Source of the DNA: Camelus dromedarius
Lineage: Eukaryota
DNA length: 64,000 nucleotides
Assembly (NCBI RefSeq): GCF_036321535.1
Contig: NC_087436.1
Span: forward strand, 44,952,001 to 45,016,000
Direction of reading: 5' to 3'
This document shows, one piece after another, positions 23,706 to 36,252 of this stretch (positions are counted from its first letter, which is position 1; the number at the start of each line of letters is the position of its first letter). A model generated the notes under the pieces. The model was given only the letters and a program-made list of their open reading frames with translations, searched no databases and was not told the DNA's origin. Both the position numbers and the translations under genes were made by a program.

Positions 23706-26389
23706 GTACAAGAACCAGATCTGGACTCTAAGACTTCTAGGTCTTTCCAGTAAACTCCTACAGCTATTACACCATGTTCATTCCCAGAATAACTGGATGT
23801 CTTCTTTGGCTTTAGTCTGTTTATAGGCTACAGCACTCAGGATAAATGATGGGTAATATGGGTCAACTGACGATGAACTTTAGGACTTAAGTAAAGCACA
23901 GTTTTTGCTTACACCAGTAATTCTTGGAGAATAGTAATAAGAAACCTAACATTTAAGTAGACTTTATTTTTTGGAAATGATTTACAGAATTTGCTGCAGA
24001 ACTCAGAATTAACCACTGGTAACTGCTAAAAAAATTCAGTGATCTGATTTCTATCTTTCACTAATTAAATTATTTATTCAGTTACTCCTGGAAATGGGAC
24101 TTTTAACAAATAAATTGTACCTGTGGGCATCTGTGTTATCTATATGCATAGTTCATCTGTCAAAATAACTAGTATTCAAATATTAAAATAGCACTTACAG
24201 ATTTAGGAACTCCCGTACATTTAGTGGAAGATCTTATATCTAATTCTAAATTGCCACATACTACTACAAAGCCATTCAATTATTTCAGCCCTGGTTTCCC
24301 TACACATCAAAATAAAGATTGTTTTTAATAACCATTAAAGACATTGAGATCCTGTCGTTAAAGCTGTGCGCTCCTACAATGCAAACACCACTTAACATCA
24401 GTGTCTGGCGCTAATAATCACCAGACACATCTCTTATCAGTGCTGCTGGCCCATGCTATCCAGTATTTATTTGAAAAATATGAACATACGTCATACTTAA
24501 AATTTAAATTCTCCTTATGCTGTTGATGAGAAATCAATATATTTTGTCATAGATACAATTTATAAGAGGGTCAGTTACAACACATAAAATTATATGTACG
24601 TATACATATAATACGTACATGACTGTTCGATTTCATTTTGTCCTAAATAGCTTCTGAGACTCTTTACACATATTAAAAGTATTTTGCTACCAGATAAGGA
24701 AATGAGCCTGAAGATTAGCATATGCTCTGATCGCTGTCAGTGCATTGACCCCTCTTTTGAGGAAAACTCTTGTAAAGAAGCTCTGTCTCTCTAAATTACA
24801 AACAAGCTCATATGCACTTTCAGTTTACAACAAATAAAAATTCTAGGGTCAAACATCATACAACAAAACTTATAAGGACTGAAAATATACAAAGAAAGGA
24901 ATAAATTACACAAGAATAATATAGATCAGTGTTCCTAAGAATATAACTAAAGCCAAAATCTTGAGTCCTTAAGTTGATTTATTATCTTTCTTAATTGTTA
25001 CCTGAGAGCGATTTATTTAATCTCAATGCGCTTCAGGTTTTGAAATTCCAAAATGTAAGTAATATTGTGGTTGTCAGCCCAACCAACAATATGACATTCA
25101 TTTTCAATTTCCCTCCTCCATGAAGTTTTACACGAAGACAGTAAGCTTTCTCACGGATCAGCCGTGAACAAGAACGAAAAAGCAATTCCCTTCCTAGGGA
25201 AATGCCTTTGCAAGCTTAATGTCTTCGGGACGCTGGCGAGGAAGGCTCCCTGCTCTCGGATTTTCATTTTTTTTTTACTTCTAAAATGAATTTTAGCTTC
25301 AGTTCTTGAAGATCTAATTAGTTCAGAGCTCTGACCTACTTGGATCATGCTCATTGATGCTCAGTGTGGGTATTTCTCACTCAGTGCTATTTCATAAGCC
25401 GCAAACGCTTGTCCTGAGCAGTGGGTGAACCAGGGCTACTGAACTTCCTGGGTATCAGGGATAGTCACAAACGTTGAACTTGATGTTTAATCCCAATTTG
25501 ATATTAAAGACATAATATCAATTTGAAATCAACTTGAAAAAACAAACTTATCTAATGAACTTTCAAAGGAGCAAAAATTTAAGTGGAACTCTTCTCCTCT
25601 TGCCTAACAAGTTCTAGCCTGCACTTGACTAAGAAAAAAGGATTTTTATCGAAAATGAATTCAGTAATATGTGTAGATCAACAAGAACACGAGCCTAAGT
25701 TTAATTCTGATTTCCTCTGAATCTATTCAGAGCATGACATTTACCAGGAGAATATGCTTGAAGAACGCATGATTTGAGTGCATCTGATCTTAACAGCTTT
25801 GAGGAAACTTTTAAAAACAGCTGATTTCAGAAGCCGAAATATTTTTATTTATATTTACTTATTTGCATGTGATTTGGCTTAAAATTTCCCTACTGTTTAG
25901 TATTTGCATCCCTGACTTCCCAAGCAATGAACTAATATAAAAGAAGATTTTCAGTAGCCTTGAAACTTTGAATCTATATGAATATTCATAAAAGCTTCAA
26001 GTTCTATGTTTTACATATATATATATTAATTATAATTTTACTAGACAATGGAGAAGATGAAATAAGATATACAAGAAAGAGCAGAAGAATTCTTTGGACT
26101 GAAGGTGGTAATATTAAAGGTTTGTGTTTTTATGACTCCCTTGGACCCTTTTTATTATAGATATTTTGATTTTTTTTTGTTTTGTTTTTTTGATTTGAAG
26201 TCTTTCTTCTCAGAATAAATTCTCCAAACCAACATCTTAGTGTCTACCCACAAAAGCAGACATTATTTTTGAGCTTTTCTTCAATCTTGCTTCAGCAGAG
26301 TAAGCATGAAAATTATCTGAAATGCACAGGTTCTTTATGTGCAGAGAGAATGCTGGTGACTCACCAGTTGTGTCTTTGCTGAGTGGTCA

Positions 26390-26603
26390 GTCCAGGCCCG
26401 GTGAAAGGTTTGCATAAAACCGTCAGCCCACTCGATTTGACGTGTACAACAATAACAATGCCACATGCTGGACTGAGATTAAAGAGGCAATCCACGGCTT
26501 TGGGACCAAGTCCTTTTCCATGCAAAATTCTCTTGACCACCTGGAATTTGAACTCATGACCTTGGCCTCAAGAATACTATTTTCTAACCAAGTGAGCAGC
26601 TCA
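26390..26603 (-). mobile_element. tRNA-Ile-derived ancient SINE (MamSINE1-like)
   Basis: Minus strand reads gctcacttggttagaaaatagtattcttgaggccaaggtcatgagttcaaattcc, colinear with the tRNA-Ile(AAT)-like head GCTCAGTTGGTTAGAGCGTGGTGCTAA...GCCAAGGTCGCGGGTTCGATCCC (A and B boxes); 3' boundary approximate. Confidence 0.65.
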
Positions 26604-28094
26604 GATTAAATAATTTAAATATTCTCCCACTATCAAGCACATGTGCCTGTGTGCGTGTGTGTGCAAATGTACAAATCCTTAAGATTCTTGTACTCAAAAG
26701 GATCGTGTGGCCACACTCTTTCACTCTGAAGGTTTTCAGTGCAGAGATCATTTTAACAACAACAATAACAAAAGAGAGGAGCAGAATTGCGGTTCTGATA
26801 TAATTACTCTTTCACTCATGCTCTCTCATGTCTCGTGGATTTGCTTTAAATCTGCTAGACTTGTGAGGTCTCATGTCTAAATGAGACACCTAGGAAAACA
26901 AAGACACAGAGTCACATGTTACACAGTCCATCACTGCCTTCAAACCTTCGGAGCAGGATGATTTTTTTTCTTTTTCTTTTTTATTCTTAAAGGTGTAATT
27001 CATTTGAAAACTAAAGTCTAAAAGAGAGGTAGCCATCTTTTAGTATATAGCAATGTTATGAACCTCTCTGAAGTTAAGAGAATACATGAGTATTCATTAC
27101 AACCTCAATAAGCATAGAAATTGCAAAATGTGGTCTGAAACAGTAATGTGGTCCTCTATATAATAAAAATACCATTAAGATGCTTTAGATCAAAATCTGA
27201 AATAGTATCTTTCCTTGTCTGAACTAACAATATGGTTTCTGAGAAGTTGCCATGGATGAAAAAAAAATGCATAATGACAGCAATAAATAACACGAATGTC
27301 TGTGGCTAATATCCTATGCGGGGCAGCATGAAACACTGACATCATTTAGAGGCTTACCAACCTTATTACTCTACTCTATCATGCCTCATTTGTCAAGTCA
27401 GAGTACTTAAAACTTCCTACATATTTTTCTTATCTACATGCATATCCTCAAGTTATTTATACTATGTGCATATATATTACATGTAATATATATGTTCAAA
27501 CATTCCACTTATGAAGCAGCTTTATTCATTACATGAACTATTTTCAATTTTTCATTAGCATTTTTCCAGCAGACTCTCTGAATTTCACAGAATATTAGAT
27601 CCAAATCAGGGAGTGTTCAATTCTTACATACGTCCAGGATATTATCTCCCTAAGGCAATACGATTAAAAAAAAAAACTCACTGAGATTCAAGTCAAGAGA
27701 TATGAGCCCTAGGAATTGCTTGGCCATTTACTGCTTGTGTCTTCATTGCATTTATGCCCAGTGAATGATGTCCCTACACTCTACGTGAGTTCTGACCCAA
27801 TTAAAAAAGAGCGACAGACTTCAGACAGAAGGAGGGCAAAAGAGCACTTTCATTCCTGCTAAGGTTGATATTAGAGAACCTGACATATAACTGCAGACAA
27901 ATAGGCTTCCTAAGTCTAAATCTCTGCATAGGACAGTCTGCCCATCCGCTGACAGACAGCTGGACAACCACGAGCCTCTCCAAGCAGAGGCTTCTCCTTT
28001 AACATGCGGCGCTAAGAAGGAGAGTAAGATGTGTGCTTCCCATGCTCGGGAAGACTTCATCTAAAAGGAGAGAACGAAAGAAGTTCCTCACTTC

Positions 28095-28560
28095 CCCAGC
28101 CATTGAGTCCGGGACTGGCTTTGTCAACAGAATGTTGCAGGTGGGGTACTGTAAATTCTGACCCTAAACCCCTATTTGTATTGCATTTCCTTTCTTACCC
28201 TCTTTGAATGTTGCAACCAGGTAGTGAAACCCAGGCTGGTACTGGAAAAATGGTCTTTGCAGGTGAGATTAAGTCAAGGATCTGGAGATGATTATGGGGG
28301 AGGAATGCAAAAAACCTCATTCCAATGGTAAGGTATTGGAGAAGAGGACAAGGCCACATGAAGACAGAAGTGAAGCCTGGAGGTCTGCGGCCACGCGTCA
28401 AAGCACGCCTGGAGCTCCCAGGGAGAGGCAATGAAGGATCCTCCCCTAGAGCTTTGGAGGGACAATGGCCCTGCTGACACCTTGATTTCCAGACTTCTGG
28501 CCTCTAGAATTGTGAAAGAATAATAATCTGTTGTTTCAAACCACCAAGGAAATGAATAAC
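28095..28560 (+). mobile_element. MaLR LTR sequence: MLT1B/C-like (28240-28560) abutting an older MLT1-like piece (28095-28240)
   Basis: 'ggtctttgcaggtgagattaag', 'ggccacatgaagacaga', 'aaggatcctcccctagagctttggaggga...ggccctgctgacaccttgatttccagacttctggcctctagaattgtga'. Confidence 0.85.
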
Positions 28561-29214
28561 TGACCCTCTCAAGTGGACAGGTCAGGCAGAGCCAGAAGGA
28601 AGGTAGCAAAAGGGGTCTCCTCCCAGTGACGCCCTGGAAAGGGAAACATGTGCTGCCTCTCCACTGAGACGAGTCCTACAACGCTTTGCATGTCTGTTTC
28701 CGTGTCTTTAAAATTATGGATGTGAAATTTTGCTTCCCTAGCTCCCTAGTGTCTGTTTTAAAACATGTGGTTCTAGAATTTAAATTAATTACCTGGGTGA
28801 TGTCTGTAAATTCCTCTACATAAGTGCACACATTTTAAATAATTCTTTCAAATGCATATATTTATTAGTAAGTTTTCATTGCTCTCTACTTTACTGTTTC
28901 TATTCATTCTAGCCAGCTCTTTGCTTTTAGATAAAAGCATCCAAATGCAATAGGATGTGAGCAGTTTTACAATTAATCAGTGTAATTTCTGTTCCAACTC
29001 ATCTGTTACATTTCAGAATTTCCCTTTTGTGTATTCCACAATAATATTCAACGACAATGTCTTTTTTATGACCGTAAGTTCGTTGCCAAAGAGCAGAACA
29101 ACATACTTAAGGGTTATTTTGCGCTTTAGCTTACCTGCCTAAAATAAAACACAATTATATTTGAAGGAGATATTTAACACTTTAAGTAAATGTTTACTGT
29201 GTGAAGTTTGAGGG

Positions 29215-29375
29215 GTTAATGTACTCATAACAGCCTGTGAAGTAGAAAGTTTCTGTTGCCACATTCATTTTGCAAAGAGGTCGAATGAGTTCCTCCGGAC
29301 CCGCAAAGAAGAGGTGGCAGACCTGGAATCCAAGGCTAAGTATCAGGCTCGAGAGACCACATTCTGAACTGCTAC
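29215..29375 (-). mobile_element. MIR SINE
   Basis: 'ctcataacagcctgtgaagtag...ggtggcagacctggaatcc'. Confidence 0.5.
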
Positions 29376-29560
29376 ATCATACTGCTTCTTTAAATCTGAA
29401 GACACAGCTGTTTTTTAAAAGTATAAATGCATAAAAAGGGGAAGGGTATTGTTGAGAGATAGTAGAAATTCCTATTTTTCTTTTCACTGTTCTGTTTTTC
29501 AACCCCTGTTTTCCTATCTCACATATTTTGCAGTGGGGAGACCATTTGTGAGAATAAATG

Positions 29561-29592
<32 letters not shown>
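29561..29592. repeat. (TA)10(CA)6 microsatellite
   Basis: Direct reading. Confidence 0.95.
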
Positions 29593-29593
<1 letters not shown>

Positions 29594-30879
29594 GTATATT
29601 TGAAGGTTTTGGTATATATGGCTGCACCCACTAAAAGCTGACATCTTCTTTTGAATTATCTAACTGCAAGAGAATGCTATGAGTGAATGTGAGGTTAGGA
29701 AAAAAATAAAATTAAAATAAATCATTTCGACTGCTGAATAGTTAAGAAAAGTCCTGACCAAGTTGTATGTAGTATGTAAATACATTTGTAGTGTCGCCAT
29801 TGGGCTCCTGGGTGGGAAGGATACTCTGCGTAGTAAACTGAACTTCACTTAACAATCAGCTCCAGAGTCTTTATCAAGGACACTGCACTGGCAGAGAGAA
29901 CACAGACGTGTTCTCCGTCTTCAGTCGGCTCCATCTTGCTTGTAGCCCACATGAGTGCCCGTAGAGAAAGTTCTAAATTTATAGCACCAGCTAAATATTA
30001 ATTAACGTTTAAAAATTGAATCGTATTTTCCTCTTGACTAAAATTCTAATTTCAAAAATTCCTATTTGTTTCTAACTCATTGATATTTCCAAGAGCTTGA
30101 CAGACATTCCTATAGCCACTGCTCTTTTTAATGCGTAGTTAATGGCCTGTGAAATATTCAAAATCACTAGGGAAACTGGCTGTTCAAAGAGGAACAGTTT
30201 TACAACACCCATAATCACCCCCCTCTAATTGACCAGCAGCAGGGGCACAGCAGGGAACACGGGAGATAGGAAACCTGCACTGTCGCAGAACTCCGCCACA
30301 TACAGGGCTTTCCAGGACACCTCTTCAAAGCAAGAAGGTTCGACAATCTCTCTCTCTCTTTCTCTCTCATCCCATTGTCAAATTAAACATTCTGTCTTGA
30401 ATATTTGAATTTCTCTGCATCTTTTTTTTTTTCTTAAAGCCAAGCACACCTGTATTCATTGTTACCTTCAGATTTTTTATACTCTACTATCGGATCTTCA
30501 CTACAATAACATTGATATTTCTCTTGTTCCCTCCTCGCCCCCACCACCTCATTTCATTGCTTTCTACTGCACTATTCCTACTGCCAGAAATTACCAGTAA
30601 ATGATAGTTTTTCCCTTGGAATTATGAGCCACTAATAAAAAATATAGGAACTATTATCTGTAGAATCCAGGAGTTGACTTTAACATGAAATATGCACCTT
30701 AGTTCATGATGCGTAAATCAGAACATGAAAAAGAACAGTAAACAAATAGGGAAACTCTATAAACAAACTTTCACACAGTATGTAAAAACTAAATTCAGAC
30801 AACTGAGAATAACATTTTCTGTAGTCTCTAAAACCTGAATTTAAAGAAATAATCATTTTGGTAGACAGTGAAACTCACC

Positions 30880-31325
30880 CAGCATCATCACTGCAACAGC
30901 CTGCTCTCCTCTGGACCACACATTCATTTCCAAAGTTCTCCCCACTCCAACCTTTATCACTTGACAGTCAATTCTCAACAAAGAAATCATAGTTTCTCTT
31001 AAAAACTTAAGTCAGGTGATATCACTTCCAAGGAAATGGAATCAGAATAAAAGTCAAGGTCATAGCCATGGTCTTCTACAGGACACCCTGTAGTCACCTC
31101 TGACCTCGCCCCTTCAAACCCACCCTCACCTGCTCCAGCCTGGGCATTGCCTTTCTTTCGGCTCCTCAGAAACACCTGGGCACATGTCTTTTGTTTATTT
31201 TCTGTCCCACCTTCATGCTCTACTATGTAGATCAGGAACTTTTGTTTGGTTCCCTGTTGGGTTACCTCAAGTGCCCAAAACAGCACATAATATGTGCTCA
31301 GTAGGTAGCAGTTTGGTGCATGGAT
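30880..31325 (+). mobile_element. L2 LINE 3' fragments
   Basis: 'actgcaacagcctgctctcc', 'cagaataaaagtcaagg', 'cagcacataatatgtgctcagtaggtagcagtttggtgcatggatg'. Confidence 0.55.
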
Positions 31326-32933
31326 GTCCACTCTAGAGTCCTCCTGTGGGTGGCTCCATTCTGTGCCACTTCTCTGCCTTGCTTTTTCCACCTGCACCAG
31401 CCACCACTCACAGCACCATGGAACTAGTGGCCTGCAGCCTCCCTTGACAGAGCGCTGGTGCTCCAACAGGCTCTGGGTGGGAGCCAGACTCCTTTCACTC
31501 CCCCACATCTTCATGCACATCACCTTCACACAAGGCTGGGTGAAGTATCACAACTCAGCAAGCAAGGAGGGTAATTGGAGAGAATCACCGCAGGATAAAT
31601 GTAGGACATTTAAATGCTGCATTTTATGGGCCTATTTCTATAGTCCAAAGTAAAAACACCCAAAGTTTTCAGTCATTCCCAAAAGAAGGCTCTCAGTCGA
31701 CATGCCCCAGTCCCTACCCTGGCACACCTGCCAGCAGGCTCACTCAGGAGGGCGAGTGAGGCTTCACACCTGCAGAGCCCAACTCCCACTAACTTCCACC
31801 TCCCACCCCTATCGCAGGACTTCGTCTTTCCCAGGCAGCTCTCTCCCTCCCTCTACTAGACAGTCCGTGCGACAAAACAGTCCCCGCACCGGGGCAGGAT
31901 CTAGCACCAACATCCAGCACAGGTCTTGGCCCAGCAGGACAGTTTTCTCAAATATTCCCCACCTGGGCAAGACACACAACGAGGGTTCCCCTGCTCCTCT
32001 GGCAGGTGACACTGAATCAGGTGGCACAGGTGAGTGTCCACCCAGGCGCAACACCCCCCGGACACACGTCACCCAGAAGGAACATTTACACTCAGAAACA
32101 GTGATCTGCATTAAGGAAGAAGAGCAAGTCTCTAAATGCAACATACTCTTATGCACATTCTCCCCACAAAGGTAATAAGGCTGCTTCTCCCATTTTCTAG
32201 CCTCCATTTCCAAGCTGTGTTTGCCATTCACGTGAGTAAGCAAACAGGGGTCCACCAGTTACACTGACAAAGACTCAATCAAAACGCCAAAAATCTCTGT
32301 AAGCATGAAGTGGATAATATGAGTATTTTTAATGCTGTGATGAAAATCAGGGACGATGGAGTCAGAATTTGGTGAAGAATTATACTTACACACTATATAC
32401 AAGATGTCGCCCATCAACTGGGGCAGGCTTGACAGATCTAACTGTGGCCATTTGAGGGAAACCTTAACAGACCAGAGAGCTATGCAAGAAATCAGAGAAC
32501 CCTGAGCGGACTGGGATGGAGCAGACCACCAAATATAAATGTACCCGGCTGGCTGGAAGTAAGAGAAAATGTAACCCTTGAAGACCCCAACAGTCCAATG
32601 AGTTTCAAATTAAAAAAACAAGCAACATGAATGATTATGAAACCAAACTGCATTATAGAACCATCTAAGGTTGTCGTCACTAATATGGATGGTCATACTC
32701 CAGTTCGAAAGACTAAAACCAGACGTAGTATGTAGGGCAGTTTTCCATGATCATAATGCACATGTTTAAATAATTAGGAAATAAAATCAAATGGTACCTA
32801 AGCATGGAGAAAGATCTGTCACTGATTCAGATGACTGACTACATTAGTTGTAAATGTTGAAGGAGAAAAAAATACAAAGCAGAAAAGTAATTGACTCCTA
32901 TTACAAATACTTATAAAATCACAAATGGCAACC

Positions 32934-32982
32934 ACACACACAGACACACACACACACACACACACACACGCACGCACACACA
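32934..32982. repeat. Imperfect (CA)n microsatellite
   Basis: Direct reading. Confidence 0.95.
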
Positions 32983-34379
32983 ATCTCAAAGAAACTTAAG
33001 TTCAGCTACTGGACTATGATATTAAAATATAACAAAATAACCAGATTTTTTAAAATGCACAGTTAGGGATCACCTCCTTCACCAGCTTGTGTTAAAAAGA
33101 ATCCAGTCTAGTGAATTGTGGAAAGGTAGGTTGCTGCTGTTCACACATCCTTAAGATTCTGGGCTCATGGATTATGTTTTGTAAATCAGTTAACTTACTA
33201 GCCAGAGATTAAGGTAAATTCTTCTAAGGACTAAAAGTTGACTTAGAGCATTAAGAAGGATTAATGTTTAGCTGTGGAGAAGCTAAAGCACTAGGATAGC
33301 ATGTTTACGCAGTGCTGTAGCTCACAATTAATCCAAAATTAGTATAAAAGATCAACAGCAACCCTTTTTGCATGCCAGCTCGGCTTAGCCCTAAAACTCA
33401 CGACTTGCCGTGGGGGCACTCAGTGAGCAAAGTTCCTCTGCGCCTGTCCTAATAGGTCTAATGCTTTCAGAGCAAAACATGCATTTGAAATGTTTAGCTT
33501 ACAAGCCCTTTGCTTCGAGAAAATAAATGCAGAAGTCAGCCCCCTAGATATCAATCTACCTTTTATCTACGTGGCAAGTCTATTCAAGTTTCTGGTCTGC
33601 TATTATTGGACAACACCAAATTTAATCTTCCAACTGATATAAAAGTAATACTATTTTTTTAAAAATTATTATTCTACTGTACATTATTAGCAAAGTATAT
33701 CATAAAAGACATGACCTTTTAGATGTATAAAGTGCCTGTTAAATAGTTATAAGTTGATATGAGATTTATTTTTTTATGGGAAATAGGACTATTGAAAAAC
33801 TTCTATTACAATTTATATTGGTCAACTTACAAATTCATGTGTAGTTTTGTTTCATGTATTTACTAAAAATAATTTTAAGAGTTTATTCCTCTCCTATGGA
33901 AATATGTGTTTTCATTAAATATGTGAAAACAGTATTTTCTTATAACAATGTATCAAAACAGGATTAAATTGTCTATCAGTTACATCTGTATATTTTTGTC
34001 ACCTCTCCCAGCATTCTTTCATTTTACTTTCATACTATTTTGATAATTTAATTTAATGACAATTATTTTAGATGTGGTAGAATTTCAAATTATTTTTGAC
34101 AGAAAACACACAAATTATTAATATAGAAGAGGAAAATACATTTAATCAAAACACAATTAACAAATTGTTCATATCATACTAGTTTTATCAAAGAATGTAG
34201 AAAACACTATGTACCAAATTTGTATTACATTATTTGCAAAAATATTTAGTTTTTTGAGAAATTACTCATAAATATTCCCAAACTGAGAAAGGGTCTCTTT
34301 TCTGAATGTGCATTTGTGAGTCTAATTCAGAATGAATTATTCTAGAGAGGCATTACTGCAGATGGTGGTTAGCTCCACT

Positions 34380-34620
34380 AGCAATTGCTGAGCATCTACT
34401 ACGAACAGTACGTTCTCTTACCCAAACCTCACCTCACAGCGTGTCCGGGCGGTAGGTAATCATTAGACCTGGCTTTATATGTTAAGGAAGATCCTGAAGT
34501 TCAGAGAGGCTAAAAACAAGCAAAAAACAAACAAAAAAAACTCTTGCCTCAAAACTTTCAACTTTTAAGTGGCACACGTCAGGTATTAATGAAAGCTCTT
34601 GATTCTAAATTCAGTTATCT
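34380..34620 (-). mobile_element. MIR SINE (diverged)
   Basis: 'ttgctgagcatctactacg', 'ctgaagttcagagaggctaa', 'taagtggcacac', 'ttgattctaaattc'. Confidence 0.5.
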
Positions 34621-35884
34621 TCTCTTCAAATCTTGTTTTCAAATCCAGGCTATACTGTCAAATATTTTAAATCAATTTTGTACCTTATATTGAATATTTT
34701 CAATAAATATTGTAATGAAAATATCACTTGAGATTCAAATAGTTAAATCAAATTGGAATAATTGAAATTATGCTATAACTTCAAAATTTTGTCTTGAATT
34801 TTGGAGTGTAAAGAAAAGATTAGAGAGAGACTTTTAAAACTTTTTTTCTGATTAGAATTTCAGATCACCTTCAAATGTGGCAGAGGCTAAAAGAAATTTT
34901 TTATTTATTATGTCTAAATTTAATTCGAGAGTTATGGTTCTTCAAATTGTATGTTAAAATGTAAAATAAAATAAGACAGTGATATTGAGAAAACTTGATA
35001 GTAATTTGGGAAGCAAAAGAAACTCTAAATGATTGAAAATTAATGTATTTTTTAAAGCACATAATAAAATAAGTATAATATACTACTTACCAGGTATTTT
35101 AGGGCATTAAAGTTTTTCAATATTAAAGCAAAATGAAAGAGTACAAAGGAAAAGACAGCTATGAATATTTAAAACACGAAAGCTTTCCTTTCCTTTTCAT
35201 TTCCTCACTTAAAATAAGAAAATATGTGCATCCAAGGGCCAAGATTTAATAAAATATATGATTGTTACTATTCCATCAAGGACATTCTTTAGTGCAACTG
35301 TCACTTTTTTCTGTGATTGCTAGTGGGTGGTGTTGAACTCGGGCGACCAGTACAGTATGGGGCGCCCGCCTTGACTCATGCCAAGGGGCCAGTCAGCTCA
35401 CTCACCACTGCTTTTGCAACTGTCAATACAGTGGGAGAAAAAAAATAACATCTCAGTATTTTTATGAAAACGTTGTTGACCTTGCTGACCCTCTGAAGGG
35501 GTCTTGAGGCCAAAAACATGATGATAAGGATTTGGTTCAAGGAAAATCTTATTCAGTGTGTGAGCTGAATTAGCCACATTTCTCAGGGAGCAACGGTTTT
35601 CCTTAAAGAACAATTGATGAGCTGTGGTTATTCTAATTTGGGTATTTGGCTGTCACCATCCAGGGGGCGGAAAGCGAACAAAAGGCTGGTACTGCTCCAA
35701 AGAAAATCATTCTCAGCTTTGTTGCCAGTGACAAAATCCAAGCTCTCAAGTGGAAATGCAAAGTATAAAAAACTTGTATTCACTGATCTGAGTGTGACAG
35801 CTTCCCAATGCTTAAGCCCTGTTCTGATGAAATGAGTGATGACTTTTTTTTTTTTTAACCCCACAACTGTGTCAACCATTTAGA

Positions 35885-36252
35885 GTCCAGGACTTTCTGG
35901 AGCGATTAAAAGTGAGAGAGAGTCTCCTGCTGGCCTTAAGGAAACAATCATGTTGTGTCTGCCCTACAAATGGAAGGGGCCACAAAGCAAGAAAGGGAGA
36001 CAGCCTCAAGCTGCCAACAGCCAGCAAAAAAGTGGAGACTTCAGTTCAACAACCGCAAGGAACTGGATTCTGCCAACAACCAGGGAGCTTGAAAGAGGAT
36101 CTCAAACCCTAGATGAGAACACAGCCCTGGCCAGCATTTTGACTTAGCCTGGAAGAGCCTGAATCAAGGACCCAGATACCCTGGCTCCTGACTGTGAGAT
36201 CAGAAATTCACGTTATTTTAAGATACTAAATGTGTGATTAGATAACCAGTAC
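35885..36252 (+). mobile_element. MaLR LTR (MLT1D/E-like) 3' portion
   Basis: 'gagagtctcctgctggcctt', 'acagccagcaaaaaagtggagacttcagt...caaggaactggattctgccaacaacc...agatgagaacacagccctggccagcattttga', ends 'gataaccagtaca'. Confidence 0.85.

Noticed and set aside
24594..24620. 10-bp inverted repeat atgtacgtat/atacgtacat
   Set aside because: Within degenerate purine-pyrimidine microsatellite sequence, where self-complementarity is expected
26535..26603. Possible tRNA gene
   Set aside because: Anticodon arm and acceptor stem are degraded; better explained as a SINE head
33640..35250. Very AT-rich tract as a matrix-attachment region
   Set aside because: Composition alone is not diagnostic; it may be decayed L1 or low-complexity DNA
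35518..35568. ATGATGA...CTGA resembling a C/D-box snoRNA
   Set aside because: Only 51 nt, no convincing terminal stem, no recognisable rRNA/snRNA antisense element
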